This document shows positions 29,336-37,800 of a DNA stretch of 64,000 nucleotides, in pieces. Location of the stretch: assembly GCA_964202905.1 (NCBI GenBank), contig CAXNJO010000004.1, positions 322,345 to 386,344 on the forward strand. The letters are read 5' to 3'. Each line of letters starts with the position of its first letter. Within the stretch, counting starts at the first letter, position 1. The position numbers were made by a program, and so were the translations under genes. Under the pieces are notes generated by a model. It had not been told where the DNA came from and did not search any database. It worked only from the letters and a program-made list of their open reading frames with translations. Source of the stretch: Polyangiales bacterium. Lineage in GTDB: Bacteria; Myxococcota_A; Polyangia; Polyangiales; JADJQN01.

Positions 29336-31285
29336 ATGCCCGAGCGAATCGATGCGGACCGCGTCATCGTCACCGGTCGCAGCGCGGGCAATCAGTTCCC
29401 GCGAACGCAGGCGACCATCCAGTATCGCTTCGAGGCCGACGGAACCGGACCGGACGGCCCGTTCGACATCGATGGATCGGTCTACGGGCGCGACATCCGC
29501 TTTCGCGGGCCAGGGACCGTGGGAGGTCCGGTGCTCGGCCGTGGCGACATCACGCTGAGCAACGAAGAAACGAGTCCGCAACGGTTCTTCGGCGGGCTGC
29601 ACGCGAATGGCAACCTCGGGTGCGACGGACCGCGACGCCCGCCGATAAATTCACCCATCGATGACGTGCGCAAATCCCTCTACGTGGTTCGCGGGGACGT
29701 CGTGGCCCGCAACGTGGTTCTGCGGAATGCCGTCGTCTTCGGAAGCATCCGCGCGACGAACATCACCCTCGAGCACTGCATCGTATTCGGCCAGCTCGTC
29801 GCCAAGGAGCGCTGCACGGTCGCTTGTTCAACCATCATGGCTTATCAGGCACCGAAGGTGGAGTTGCGTGGTCCATGCGCCTTCTTCTTCGCATCGGGGG
29901 AGAGCCACTCTGCACCGGAATGGCTGGACTACACGGACAGCGTCGGCCGCAAATGGCCATGGAGCGCAAAATTCTATCCACTCACGCGCCGTTCAGCGGA
30001 CTTCCCGATCGGCAATCGTCCCTGGCGTGACGGGGACGCTTCGCCCGACACGCTCCTCGTCCACGCGGACTGGGTCCGTACCGAGGTGGTCGAGGTTCAT
30101 CAAAAGGCAGGCTCTGCGGAGGCACTGGAGACCCACAAGGAGCGCTACGTCCTCTCGATCGGCCCGCGCGCGCTGGACTTCGCGTCCATCGAAGCCTCCG
30201 TGCTGACCACGGCCTGGCTCTTCGGCTCTGCGCTCGAATGGGGCCACTATGCCGAGCCCACGCGGGAAGAGGTGCGACGCCGAGTCACCGCGCGGTGCTC
30301 GCCCCAGGAAGCGCACGCCTTCGACATCGCGACCGTTCGCGAGCCCCTCCACGTAGAACGAATCCCCACGGACGGCACGCCGTCCACTCAATCCGTGCCA
30401 GGCGTGACAGCGGCTTCAATGCGCGCTCCTACAGGGGCTGGGATATCGAGTCCGGTAGTCGGAGTGTCGAAACCCGTCGTTGTCGGGAGGCCCGCAGCGC
30501 CGACCTCCTGGAATTCTGGGTTGCCGACCCAATCTGCGGATCAGCCAGCCTCACCGCCACTGGCAGCGAAAGCCGATATCTCTCAGGCCGGGCCGGCGGC
30601 TGATCCCATGGTGTCGCCCACAGAAACACCCGCGACCGGCGGAGCGTACACAAACGCGCCGTCGTCCCCGTCCAGAGTGCCGGTCAAGCCGCCATCAACG
30701 GGTTCGCAAGTCATCAAGTCCGCGGAGGATGACCCAACCCAGAAGTCAGCGCATCGGCCGACCGAGGCGCCCGCGCCCCTCCCAGCACCAGCGGTGTCCC
30801 ACATGGAAGATACGGCGGTACGCGTCCCTTCTACGCGCGCCTCCATGCCAACGCTGATGCACTTCTCGCGTCCGCCAGCGACTTCGACGGAAGCGACCTC
30901 GACGAACAGTCCGGCGCCTCCGATTCCGCGGCGCGTCTCAACGCCGACGCTCCTGCAAATCGCACCTCCATCGATCCCACCGACGGAAGATTCCCGCCCC
31001 TCAGCGGGGCCCGATTTGCCCGAGCCTCCCGCCGGAACGCAGGCCGCACCGACCCAGTCCATCAACGAACCGAGTTCCGAGGACATTCTCGCGCTCTTCG
31101 GAGCATTCAAGTCGACGATGCAATCCATCGGACTAGACGGCAACAACCTGAAGTTCCTCGAATTCTCGGAAAACGCTCGCCGAGCGTGGGCACGCGCCGC
31201 GGAGCAGCTACCCGGACGGTCGATTCGCCTGGTGCCATTTCCCAAGGACGGTCGAGTGAGTCTACGGGTCGAAGTCGTACATTGA
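29336..31285 (+). CDS. Island gene C: 649-aa protein. It has an N-terminal beta-helix-like (bactofilin-like, tentative) domain, a ~250-aa Pro/Ser/Thr-rich disordered linker and a small C-terminal domain.
   Basis: Repetitive hydrophobic-x pattern VVRGDVVARNVVLRNAVVFGSIRATNITLEHCIVFGQLVAKERCTVACSTI. The linker runs SVPGVTAAS...PSSPSRVPVKPPSTGS...PAPLPAPAV. C-terminal NLKFLEFSENARRAWARAAEQLPGRSIRLVPFPKDGRVSLRVEVVH. Confidence 0.55.
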   Translation: MPERIDADRVIVTGRSAGNQFPRTQATIQYRFEADGTGPDGPFDIDGSVYGRDIRFRGPGTVGGPVLGRGDITLSNEETSPQRFFGGLHANGNLGCDGPRRPPINSPIDDVRKSLYVVRGDVVARNVVLRNAVVFGSIRATNITLEHCIVFGQLVAKERCTVACSTIMAYQAPKVELRGPCAFFFASGESHSAPEWLDYTDSVGRKWPWSAKFYPLTRRSADFPIGNRPWRDGDASPDTLLVHADWVRTEVVEVHQKAGSAEALETHKERYVLSIGPRALDFASIEASVLTTAWLFGSALEWGHYAEPTREEVRRRVTARCSPQEAHAFDIATVREPLHVERIPTDGTPSTQSVPGVTAASMRAPTGAGISSPVVGVSKPVVVGRPAAPTSWNSGLPTQSADQPASPPLAAKADISQAGPAADPMVSPTETPATGGAYTNAPSSPSRVPVKPPSTGSQVIKSAEDDPTQKSAHRPTEAPAPLPAPAVSHMEDTAVRVPSTRASMPTLMHFSRPPATSTEATSTNSPAPPIPRRVSTPTLLQIAPPSIPPTEDSRPSAGPDLPEPPAGTQAAPTQSINEPSSEDILALFGAFKSTMQSIGLDGNNLKFLEFSENARRAWARAAEQLPGRSIRLVPFPKDGRVSLRVEVVH

Positions 31286-31319
31286 CCGAACATCAAGTTT
31301 GAACGAGCAGGAAACCATC

Positions 31320-32681
31320 ATGGGCATCCTCGATTTCCTCACGAAACCGGTTCGCGATCAGTTCATCGCGCGGCACCCGTCGGCGATGGATGCGTTGGTG
31401 TTCCGGCATCCGGACCAGAGCCTTCCGTGGGGCGCGAAGGTGACGGTGCGCGCGGACGAACAGGCACTCTTCTTCCGTGAGGGGCGACTGTTCAGCGCAC
31501 TCGGGCCGGGGACGCACACCCTCGAGACACGGCACCTGCCGTTTCTCGGCGATCTCCTGGTCAGCCCGCTGACGGGTGATCAGCACTTCATCACCGAGCT
31601 GTTCTTCGTCCGCACGAGCGAGCAGGCCCTCGCGCTCGGGCCGATGTCGGTGGGCATGCACCGGGATCTCGGCTCGGGGCATCTCGTATCGATTCTCGCG
31701 AGAGCGCGCGTGAACGTGCGCGTGGCCGACGCCGCGCGGCTCATCGTGGGGCTCGGGGGCCTTCGCGAGGATTCCGGGGCTCGTGTCGAGGAGGCCATTC
31801 GAGATCGGATGTCGTCCCTGCTCTCCGCGTGCGTGGGTGAGCTGGCGAGTTCGGCGTCGGTGGTCGAACTCGTCTCCAACCGCTTCTCGGAAGAGATGGG
31901 ACAGCGCGCGATGCAATTGGCCGAGGAGAGCCTCCTCGACACGGGCGTACGGCTCGTCCGGATGATGGCGTTGCAGCTCTCGCTCGACGCCGAGTCCGAA
32001 CGGACGCTGCGCGACTTCGGCGCAGCGCAGGCGCGCCTGAACATCGAGCGTCAGGGCGCGGACGTGGCGACGACGCCGGGATTCGCGGCCTACCACGCGG
32101 CCCACGGGCAGCGCGCGCTCCTCGAGGGGATGGGCACAGGCGCGGCGAAACACGGCGCGCCGGCGATGCTGATGCCGCTCGCGATGGGCGGCGTGCCGGG
32201 CACGTCGGTGCCCTCCTTCGGGACTTCGGCGATTCCCGCTTCGCCCTGGGGCGGCATCACGACGCGACTTTCGCGGCCCCCGGAAGAAGCCCGCTACGAG
32301 CTGCGCACTTCGCGCGGCATCGACGGCCCGTTCGTCGAGCGGCAGGTCGCGTTGCGGCTGCGCGTGGCCGGCTTCGATGCCGCCCAGACCTACATCCGTC
32401 GCGTCGGCGAGACAGGCTGGACACCCCTCGAGGAACATCCCGTCGCGCGTACTCTGATCCAGCAGTCGAAGGCGCTCCCGCTCCGCGCTGGCGTCGGCCC
32501 GAACAAGACGGAGCGCTTCGACCAGGCGCTCGAGCTGGCGGCGGCCGACGGTGTCCTCGCCGCGGCCGAGTTGACGCTCCTCGCCCGGATTGCGCACGAA
32601 TCTGGCCTCGCCGCAGACCTCGACGCCGCGCGCGACTACGTGCTCGTGCGCGCCCGAGCGCTCGGTCTCACCCTGCCCTGA
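31320..32681 (+). CDS. Island gene D: SPFH / Band-7 family protein of the Band_7_1 (YdjI-like) type with a C-terminal TerB-like helical domain
   Basis: MGILDFLTKPVRDQFIARHP...FFREGRLFSALGPGTHTLETRHLPFLGDLL matches the characteristic Band_7_1 N-terminus. C-terminal ERFDQALELAAADGVLAAAELTLLARIAHESGLAADLDAARDYVL is TerB-like. Start chosen at the ATG with AGGAAA at -8; the track ORF starts 7 codons earlier. Confidence 0.7.
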   Translation: MGILDFLTKPVRDQFIARHPSAMDALVFRHPDQSLPWGAKVTVRADEQALFFREGRLFSALGPGTHTLETRHLPFLGDLLVSPLTGDQHFITELFFVRTSEQALALGPMSVGMHRDLGSGHLVSILARARVNVRVADAARLIVGLGGLREDSGARVEEAIRDRMSSLLSACVGELASSASVVELVSNRFSEEMGQRAMQLAEESLLDTGVRLVRMMALQLSLDAESERTLRDFGAAQARLNIERQGADVATTPGFAAYHAAHGQRALLEGMGTGAAKHGAPAMLMPLAMGGVPGTSVPSFGTSAIPASPWGGITTRLSRPPEEARYELRTSRGIDGPFVERQVALRLRVAGFDAAQTYIRRVGETGWTPLEEHPVARTLIQQSKALPLRAGVGPNKTERFDQALELAAADGVLAAAELTLLARIAHESGLAADLDAARDYVLVRARALGLTLP

Positions 32682-34645
32682 CGGCCCTCCGCCGCGCGGG
32701 CGCGAAGCACCTCGAGGCGGCGCTCGACGAAGCCCGCCGCGCGCAGCGACATGGCCATGATGGTGAGTTGCGGGTTGACGCCGAGCGCGCCCGGGAGGGC
32801 CGACCCGTCGCAGACGAAGAGGTTGTGCACGTCGTGCGCCTCGTGCGTCGCGTCGACGACCGAGCGCCAGGGATCGCGCCCCATACGGCACGTGCCGAGC
32901 GGGTGGTACGCGGAGATGTCCATGTGCCGCGCGGCGAGGTCGGCGCGCTCGAGCGCCTCGACGTCCGCGAGGCTCGCGAGGCGTTCGTGCCCGGCGATGG
33001 GCGGGTGCACGGTCTGCGCGCCCGCCGCGAAGAAGACCCGCGCGAGGATCGCGTAGCCGCGCTGCATGCGCGCGCGGTCGTGGCGGCCGAGCCAGTAGGC
33101 GAGCCGCGGCGCGCCGTCGTCGCCGAGCGTCACGCGCCCGCGCGATCGGTCCTTGATCAGGAAGCCGAAGCCCACCGAGCGGCGGTACTGCTCCATCAGC
33201 GCGGTAAACGGCGGGCCGTACGTCGTGAGCGTCGCGGCCGTCACGTCGAGCGGCGCGTGCGCCCCCTCGAAGAGCAGGCCCTCGTCGCGGAACTCGTCGA
33301 TCGCATAGCCCTGCGGGACGCTGCGCCAGCCCTCGAGATCCTCGCCGAACACGCCGATCGCCGACGACGCGGGGTGGATCGAGAGGTTGCGCCCGACCTC
33401 GCCGGACGCGTTGGCAGCGCCTCCGCGCAAGAGCAGCGCGGGCGTGTGGAGCGCCCCACACGCGAGCACCACGACGCGCGCACGCACGCTCACGCGCACG
33501 GTGCCCGTCGGTCCGCGCGCCGTGCCCGTGACGCCGACGGCCGTCTCGCCCTCGTCCTCGGTGAGCACGCGATCGACCGCGAATCCCGTGAGCATTTGCG
33601 CGCCCGCGGCGAGCGCAGCGGGCACCCAGGAGACGTTCGCCGAGCGCTTGGCGTCCGTCGGGCAGCCGAAACAGCAAAGGCCTTGACCATCACAGCCGGG
33701 GGCATTGCGTGGGAGCGCGTGGTGCGCGTAGCCGAGCGCGTCGCAGCCCCGGGCGATCACGTCGGCGGGCTTGCCGAGCGCCGACGCGGACGAGGGCGCG
33801 ACGCCGAGGAAGGACTCGACCGCCTCGTAGTGCGGCGCGAGATCGGCGGGACCGAGGCCCGTGATCCCCTGCGAATCGCGCCATTCCGCGAGGGTTTGCG
33901 CGGGCGCGCGCAGGCAGGTGCCGGAGTTGATGAGCGTCGAGCCACCGACGGCCATCCCGACGGGGATGGGGATCGCCGTGTTCCCGAGCGCGACGGTGAA
34001 CCCGCCCGCGCGATAGGCCTTCTTCATCATCGAGAGCGGGCGCCCGTCGAAGTCGAGCCGCGTCAGGTGCGGGCCCTCCTCGACCATGAGCACCGCGTGG
34101 CCGCGCTCGGCGAGGGCCTTCGCGAGGGGCGCCCCGCCCGCGCCCGTCCCGACCACGACCACGTCGCACTCGAGCGTCTCCCCGTCCGCGAGCGCGCCTG
34201 CGTCCGTGATCTGCCGGCGCCAGCGCGCGGGCTCGAGCGCGGCGGGCCGCTCGACGCCGTAGCGGCAGCCGATCGCCGCATAGACCTGCGGGTCGTCGAA
34301 GTGCGCGAGCTTGATCGGCGCGAGCAGCCCGCGGAGCGGCACGCGCAGCAGCTCCGAGCGGCTCCACGCGTCGAGGGCCGCGAGGCGCCCCGCGCCCGAC
34401 TGCGCCGAGAAGCGCGTGCCCGTCCGCGCGAGCGTCTGCATCTCCAGCGACCAGAGCAGCGCGCGGTAGCCCCGCGCCACGGACGGCGCAGCGCCCGCGA
34501 AGAAGCGCTCCACGCGCCGGTACGTCCCCTCGCCGGGCGCGGCGAGCAGCGCCCCCGCAGGCAGCGCGACCTCGCCGAGCGCACGCAGAATGGCCCGCTC
34601 GCGCGCGTCGAACACGTCCGTCGCGCCCCCGCGCGTCGCGGCCAT
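32636..34645 (-). CDS. GMC-family FAD-dependent oxidoreductase
   Basis: Dinucleotide-binding motif ECDVVVVGTGAGGAPLAKALAERG. C-terminal GMC region HPLGTCRMG. The start, at the M of MAATRGG (cat 34643-34645), lies 1 nt after the upstream stop. Confidence 0.8.
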   Translation of the reverse strand: MAATRGGATDVFDARERAILRALGEVALPAGALLAAPGEGTYRRVERFFAGAAPSVARGYRALLWSLEMQTLARTGTRFSAQSGAGRLAALDAWSRSELLRVPLRGLLAPIKLAHFDDPQVYAAIGCRYGVERPAALEPARWRRQITDAGALADGETLECDVVVVGTGAGGAPLAKALAERGHAVLMVEEGPHLTRLDFDGRPLSMMKKAYRAGGFTVALGNTAIPIPVGMAVGGSTLINSGTCLRAPAQTLAEWRDSQGITGLGPADLAPHYEAVESFLGVAPSSASALGKPADVIARGCDALGYAHHALPRNAPGCDGQGLCCFGCPTDAKRSANVSWVPAALAAGAQMLTGFAVDRVLTEDEGETAVGVTGTARGPTGTVRVSVRARVVVLACGALHTPALLLRGGAANASGEVGRNLSIHPASSAIGVFGEDLEGWRSVPQGYAIDEFRDEGLLFEGAHAPLDVTAATLTTYGPPFTALMEQYRRSVGFGFLIKDRSRGRVTLGDDGAPRLAYWLGRHDRARMQRGYAILARVFFAAGAQTVHPPIAGHERLASLADVEALERADLAARHMDISAYHPLGTCRMGRDPWRSVVDATHEAHDVHNLFVCDGSALPGALGVNPQLTIMAMSLRAAGFVERRLEVLRARAAEGRQGRVRPSARARTST

Positions 34646-34646
34646 C

Positions 34647-35123
34647 TCAGCCGCCCCGCAGCGCTTCGCGCGCGACCGCACGACGCCGCACGTCGAGCAC
34701 GCGCTGCTGCACCCGCGCGACGGGCAGCCACGACGCGAGAAAGCGCGGCAGCGTGCGCAGCGCGAAGCCGAGCTCGCCCTCCGCGCGCACCACGCCCTCC
34801 GCGTCGCGCAGCGTCACGGGCATGCGCGTCATCGATCGCAGCGGCGCGCGCAGCGAGACACGCTTCTGCGCGTCGAGCGTGAGCGCGTCCCCGCCGGGCA
34901 GCGCGAGCCGCAGCGCGTAGGTGATCGTGCGGGCGCGCGCGTCGATCGCGAGCGTGCCGTGTGCGGGCACCTCGGCCCCCCACGGCAGCGCCCACGCGAG
35001 CCCGCGCAGCGCGAAACGCCCGCCCGCGCCGCCGTGCGCGCTCACCTCGAAGCGCAGCGGCGTCCGGACGCCCGCGCGGTCCCGGACCGTGCCCTCCATC
35101 GTCTCGACGAACGAAAGCTGCAT
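34647..35123 (-). CDS. hypothetical protein (158 aa), co-transcribed with the GMC oxidoreductase
   Basis: Non-repetitive ORF. Tight coupling to the downstream gene. Confidence 0.45.
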   Translation of the reverse strand: MQLSFVETMEGTVRDRAGVRTPLRFEVSAHGGAGGRFALRGLAWALPWGAEVPAHGTLAIDARARTITYALRLALPGGDALTLDAQKRVSLRAPLRSMTRMPVTLRDAEGVVRAEGELGFALRTLPRFLASWLPVARVQQRVLDVRRRAVAREALRGG

Positions 35124-35152
35124 CGCCCCCTCCCCTCCCCCGCGCGCCCCGC

Positions 35153-36199
35153 TCAGACCACGGGTACGCCCGGCTCGGCCTCGCGCCGCAGCAGCTCGAG
35201 CGCGCCGCCGTGCGCCGACCGGCGACTGAATGGCGGTTCACCCTTTGGGCGAACCTCGAGCAGCACCTCGGCGAGCTTGCTGTTGAAGCAGTACGCCATC
35301 GCGTGATCCGGGCTCTCGTAGCCGAGGCACGCGAACGGCTGCGACGTCGCGTCCATGCGCAGGCGCAGCTCGCCCGCGGGCCCCGCGAGCCGCAGCGTCC
35401 AGCGCGTCGTCGAGAGCTGCGCCTCCTGCCGCCAGACGTCGAAGACGCGGTCGAAGCGGTACTCGCGCGCGCCGCGCCGCACGACCGCCGCCGAGAGCCG
35501 CGGCGAGGTGTGGCCGCCCACGCGCACGCGCCCCGAGAAGCCCTCGACCATCGCCTCCGGCTCGCCCGCCTCGGCCGGGAAGAGGCACTGCCCCCACGCG
35601 TACTCGAAGGCGTGCTCGCGCCCCCAGTTGTGCCCGCCCATGCCCGTCCAGCCGTCGAGCGAGACCGACTCCGAGGTCCCCGGCGCGCCCCCGAGCGCAG
35701 GCACCGTGGCGTGCCCGGCGAGCACGATCGACGGGCTCGGCGTGAGCAGTTTCGACCGCGGGAACGGCCCCTCGCGCAGGAATCGCCACGGGTAGATCGA
35801 GAGCGGCTCGGCCACGGGCGACGGCGCCGCCGACCAGCGCAGCGCGAACGAGGCGTGCGCGTCGCCGCGCTGCACGCGCCCCTCGGCCGCGCCCGCCGAC
35901 GCGACGCGCAGCGACCAATCGCCGATCGCGACGGCGGCGCCCTCGGGCGTCGCGCGGAACATCCCCGGCGCGAGCGGATGCGTGTGCTTGCCCGCGAAGG
36001 TGCGGCCCGCCTCGCCGTCGAACCAGATCAGCCAGGTCTCGGCGACCGCGGGCGCATCGAGCGGCGCGAGGATCGTCGCCTTGATCCAGAGCGCGCGGGG
36101 GCGGTGCGGATCGTTCGCGCGGAGGAAGTAGCTCTCGACGTGGCCGGGCGTGCCGGCGTAGCGCGGCGCGTTCGGCGGGAGCTCGGCGCTGTGCCTCAT
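35153..36199 (-). CDS. hypothetical protein (348 aa)
   Basis: Balanced composition (…WIKATILAPLDAPAVAETWLIWFDGEAGRTFAGKHTHPLAPGMF…). The start overlaps the GntR stop by 4 nt. Confidence 0.5.
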   Translation of the reverse strand: MRHSAELPPNAPRYAGTPGHVESYFLRANDPHRPRALWIKATILAPLDAPAVAETWLIWFDGEAGRTFAGKHTHPLAPGMFRATPEGAAVAIGDWSLRVASAGAAEGRVQRGDAHASFALRWSAAPSPVAEPLSIYPWRFLREGPFPRSKLLTPSPSIVLAGHATVPALGGAPGTSESVSLDGWTGMGGHNWGREHAFEYAWGQCLFPAEAGEPEAMVEGFSGRVRVGGHTSPRLSAAVVRRGAREYRFDRVFDVWRQEAQLSTTRWTLRLAGPAGELRLRMDATSQPFACLGYESPDHAMAYCFNSKLAEVLLEVRPKGEPPFSRRSAHGGALELLRREAEPGVPVV

Positions 36200-36984
36200 C
36201 GGCGGCTCCGCGTGCGCTTGCGGGGCTCGGGCCCGGCCGCGGTCGTCGGCGGGACGGCGCGCAGGGCCGTCTCGGCGTGGGCGCGCATCGCGGCCCCCGC
36301 GGCGGTGACGTCGCGGCGGCGCATCGCCTCGACCGCGCGCCGGTGGTGCGAGGCGTCGAAGACCTCGTCGCCGTAGAGGTGCGCGAAGCGCTCGCGGCCC
36401 GTGTCGTAGAGGCGCCGCACGAAGCCCGCGAAGAGCTGCAGGAGGCGGTTGCCGCCGATCGCGACGAGCGCCTCGAAGAAGTCGTAGTCGAGGTCCTGCC
36501 GCGCGGCCGCGGCGCGCGTCTGTTCGAGGCGCCGCGCGAGCGCGTCGAGGCGCGCGAGCGAGGCGGGATCGGCCTGCAGCGTGGCGCGCTCGGCGGCCCA
36601 GCCGAGCAGCATCGCGCGCAGCTCGTGGAGGTCACGGAGGATGCCGGGATCGACCTCGGCCCCCTCCTCGAAGAAGTGCGGTACGAGCTCGAGACCGGCG
36701 GAGAGGAAGATGTCCGCGACGCGCGTCGCGCTGCCCTGCCGCACGTGCACGAGCCCCCACGACTCGAGGCGGCGCACGGCCTCGCGGATCGACGCGCGGT
36801 TCACGTCCCACGTGTCGGCGAGCGTGCGCTCCGAGGGCAGCGCGTCCCCCGGACGCAGCTCGCCGGCGACGATGGCGCGGCGCAGCGCACCGGCGATGCG
36901 GTCGGCGACTTTGGCGGGCGAGGCAGGCGTGTCCACTGGTCGGACCAGTATCACGCGACACGAGCCACATACAACTGATTTCAC
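36196..36984 (-). CDS. GntR family (FadR-like C-terminal domain) transcriptional regulator
   Basis: wHTH TLADTWDVNRASIREAVRRLESWGLVHVRQGSATRV followed by an all-helical FCD-like domain. The exact start is uncertain. Confidence 0.75.
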   Translation of the reverse strand: MKSVVCGSCRVILVRPVDTPASPAKVADRIAGALRRAIVAGELRPGDALPSERTLADTWDVNRASIREAVRRLESWGLVHVRQGSATRVADIFLSAGLELVPHFFEEGAEVDPGILRDLHELRAMLLGWAAERATLQADPASLARLDALARRLEQTRAAAARQDLDYDFFEALVAIGGNRLLQLFAGFVRRLYDTGRERFAHLYGDEVFDASHHRRAVEAMRRRDVTAAGAAMRAHAETALRAVPPTTAAGPEPRKRTRSRR

Positions 36985-37011
36985 ATATTTCGTTCTATTT
37001 TATCGCGACAA

Positions 37012-37023
37012 CTGGTCAACCAG
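37012..37023. promoter_or_regulatory. Candidate GntR/FadR-type operator CTGGTCAACCAG (5-bp inverted arms, 2-nt spacer) in an AT-rich divergent promoter region
   Basis: The palindrome lies in the only AT-rich stretch (tttcacatatttcgttctattttatcgcgacaa) between the GntR gene and the hydroxylase gene. It fits the t.GT..AC.a family consensus. Confidence 0.35.
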
Positions 37024-37080
37024 CGCCACGGACTCACCCGACGAGACACGCCGCGCCGCCTCTCGTAGACTCGGCGCCGC

Positions 37081-37788
37081 GTGTCGCTCCTCGACGTCGA
37101 TCCCGCGTGCCTCGCGGCTGCCGAGCACCCCGCGGGGAGCGTGCCCGCGCAGGCCGGCGCGCCGCGTCGCGTGCCGCTCTTCCGGCACCCGGCCGTCGAT
37201 CGACTGCTCACGCGGACCCCGCCGTGGCTGCCCTTCGTCGTCTACGCGCCGGCCGTCGCGGGGCTGCTGGCGTCGCACCGGGAAGCGGGCGCCGCGCGGC
37301 TCGCGGGGGCGTCGCTCGCGGGCGTGCTGCTCTGGACGCTGATCGAGTACCTGCTGCACCGCTTCGGCCTGCACCTGCCGCAGCGCACGCGCGCGTGGCG
37401 CGTCGCCTACTTCGTGGTGCACGGGCACCACCACGCGGCCCCGCGCGACGCGGAGCGCCTGGTCGCCACGATCCCGCAGAGCGCGCTGCTGCTCGCGCTC
37501 GTGCACGGGGTCGCGACGCTCGTCCTCGGCGCGTCGGAGGCCACGCACGGCCCGGCGCTCGCCGCGGGGATCCTCGCGGGCACCACCCTCGGCTACCTGC
37601 TCTACGAGGCCGCGCACTGGGGCATCCACCACGCGCGCCGCCCCGGCCCGTGGTTGCGCGCCCTCGCGCGGCACCACCTCGCGCACCACGGCGAACCGAC
37701 GAGCCGCTATGGGATCAGCAGCCCGCTCTGGGATCACGTGCTGCGCACGCTGCCGACGCCGCGCGCCCGTGCACGATCCGGCGGCTGA
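37081..37788 (+). CDS. fatty acid hydroxylase / sterol desaturase family membrane protein
   Basis: Histidine boxes HRFGLH, HGHHH and HHLAHH. GTG start. Confidence 0.7.
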   Translation: MSLLDVDPACLAAAEHPAGSVPAQAGAPRRVPLFRHPAVDRLLTRTPPWLPFVVYAPAVAGLLASHREAGAARLAGASLAGVLLWTLIEYLLHRFGLHLPQRTRAWRVAYFVVHGHHHAAPRDAERLVATIPQSALLLALVHGVATLVLGASEATHGPALAAGILAGTTLGYLLYEAAHWGIHHARRPGPWLRALARHHLAHHGEPTSRYGISSPLWDHVLRTLPTPRARARSGG

Positions 37789-37800
37789 GGGCGTGCGCGG

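Larger units (their letters stand above)
25700..32690 (+). other. Compositionally distinct (visibly lower-GC) island with an AT-rich leader at 25680-26050 and a four-gene translationally coupled operon. No integrase or transposase.
   Basis: AT-containing runs (ttttcatttctctctgcgcagg, gttgctattgttgatcgg, cttgcaagatcgttttacatcc) are essentially absent from the flanking ~72% GC genes. It is bounded by the divergent MATE gene and the convergent GMC gene. Confidence 0.5.
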
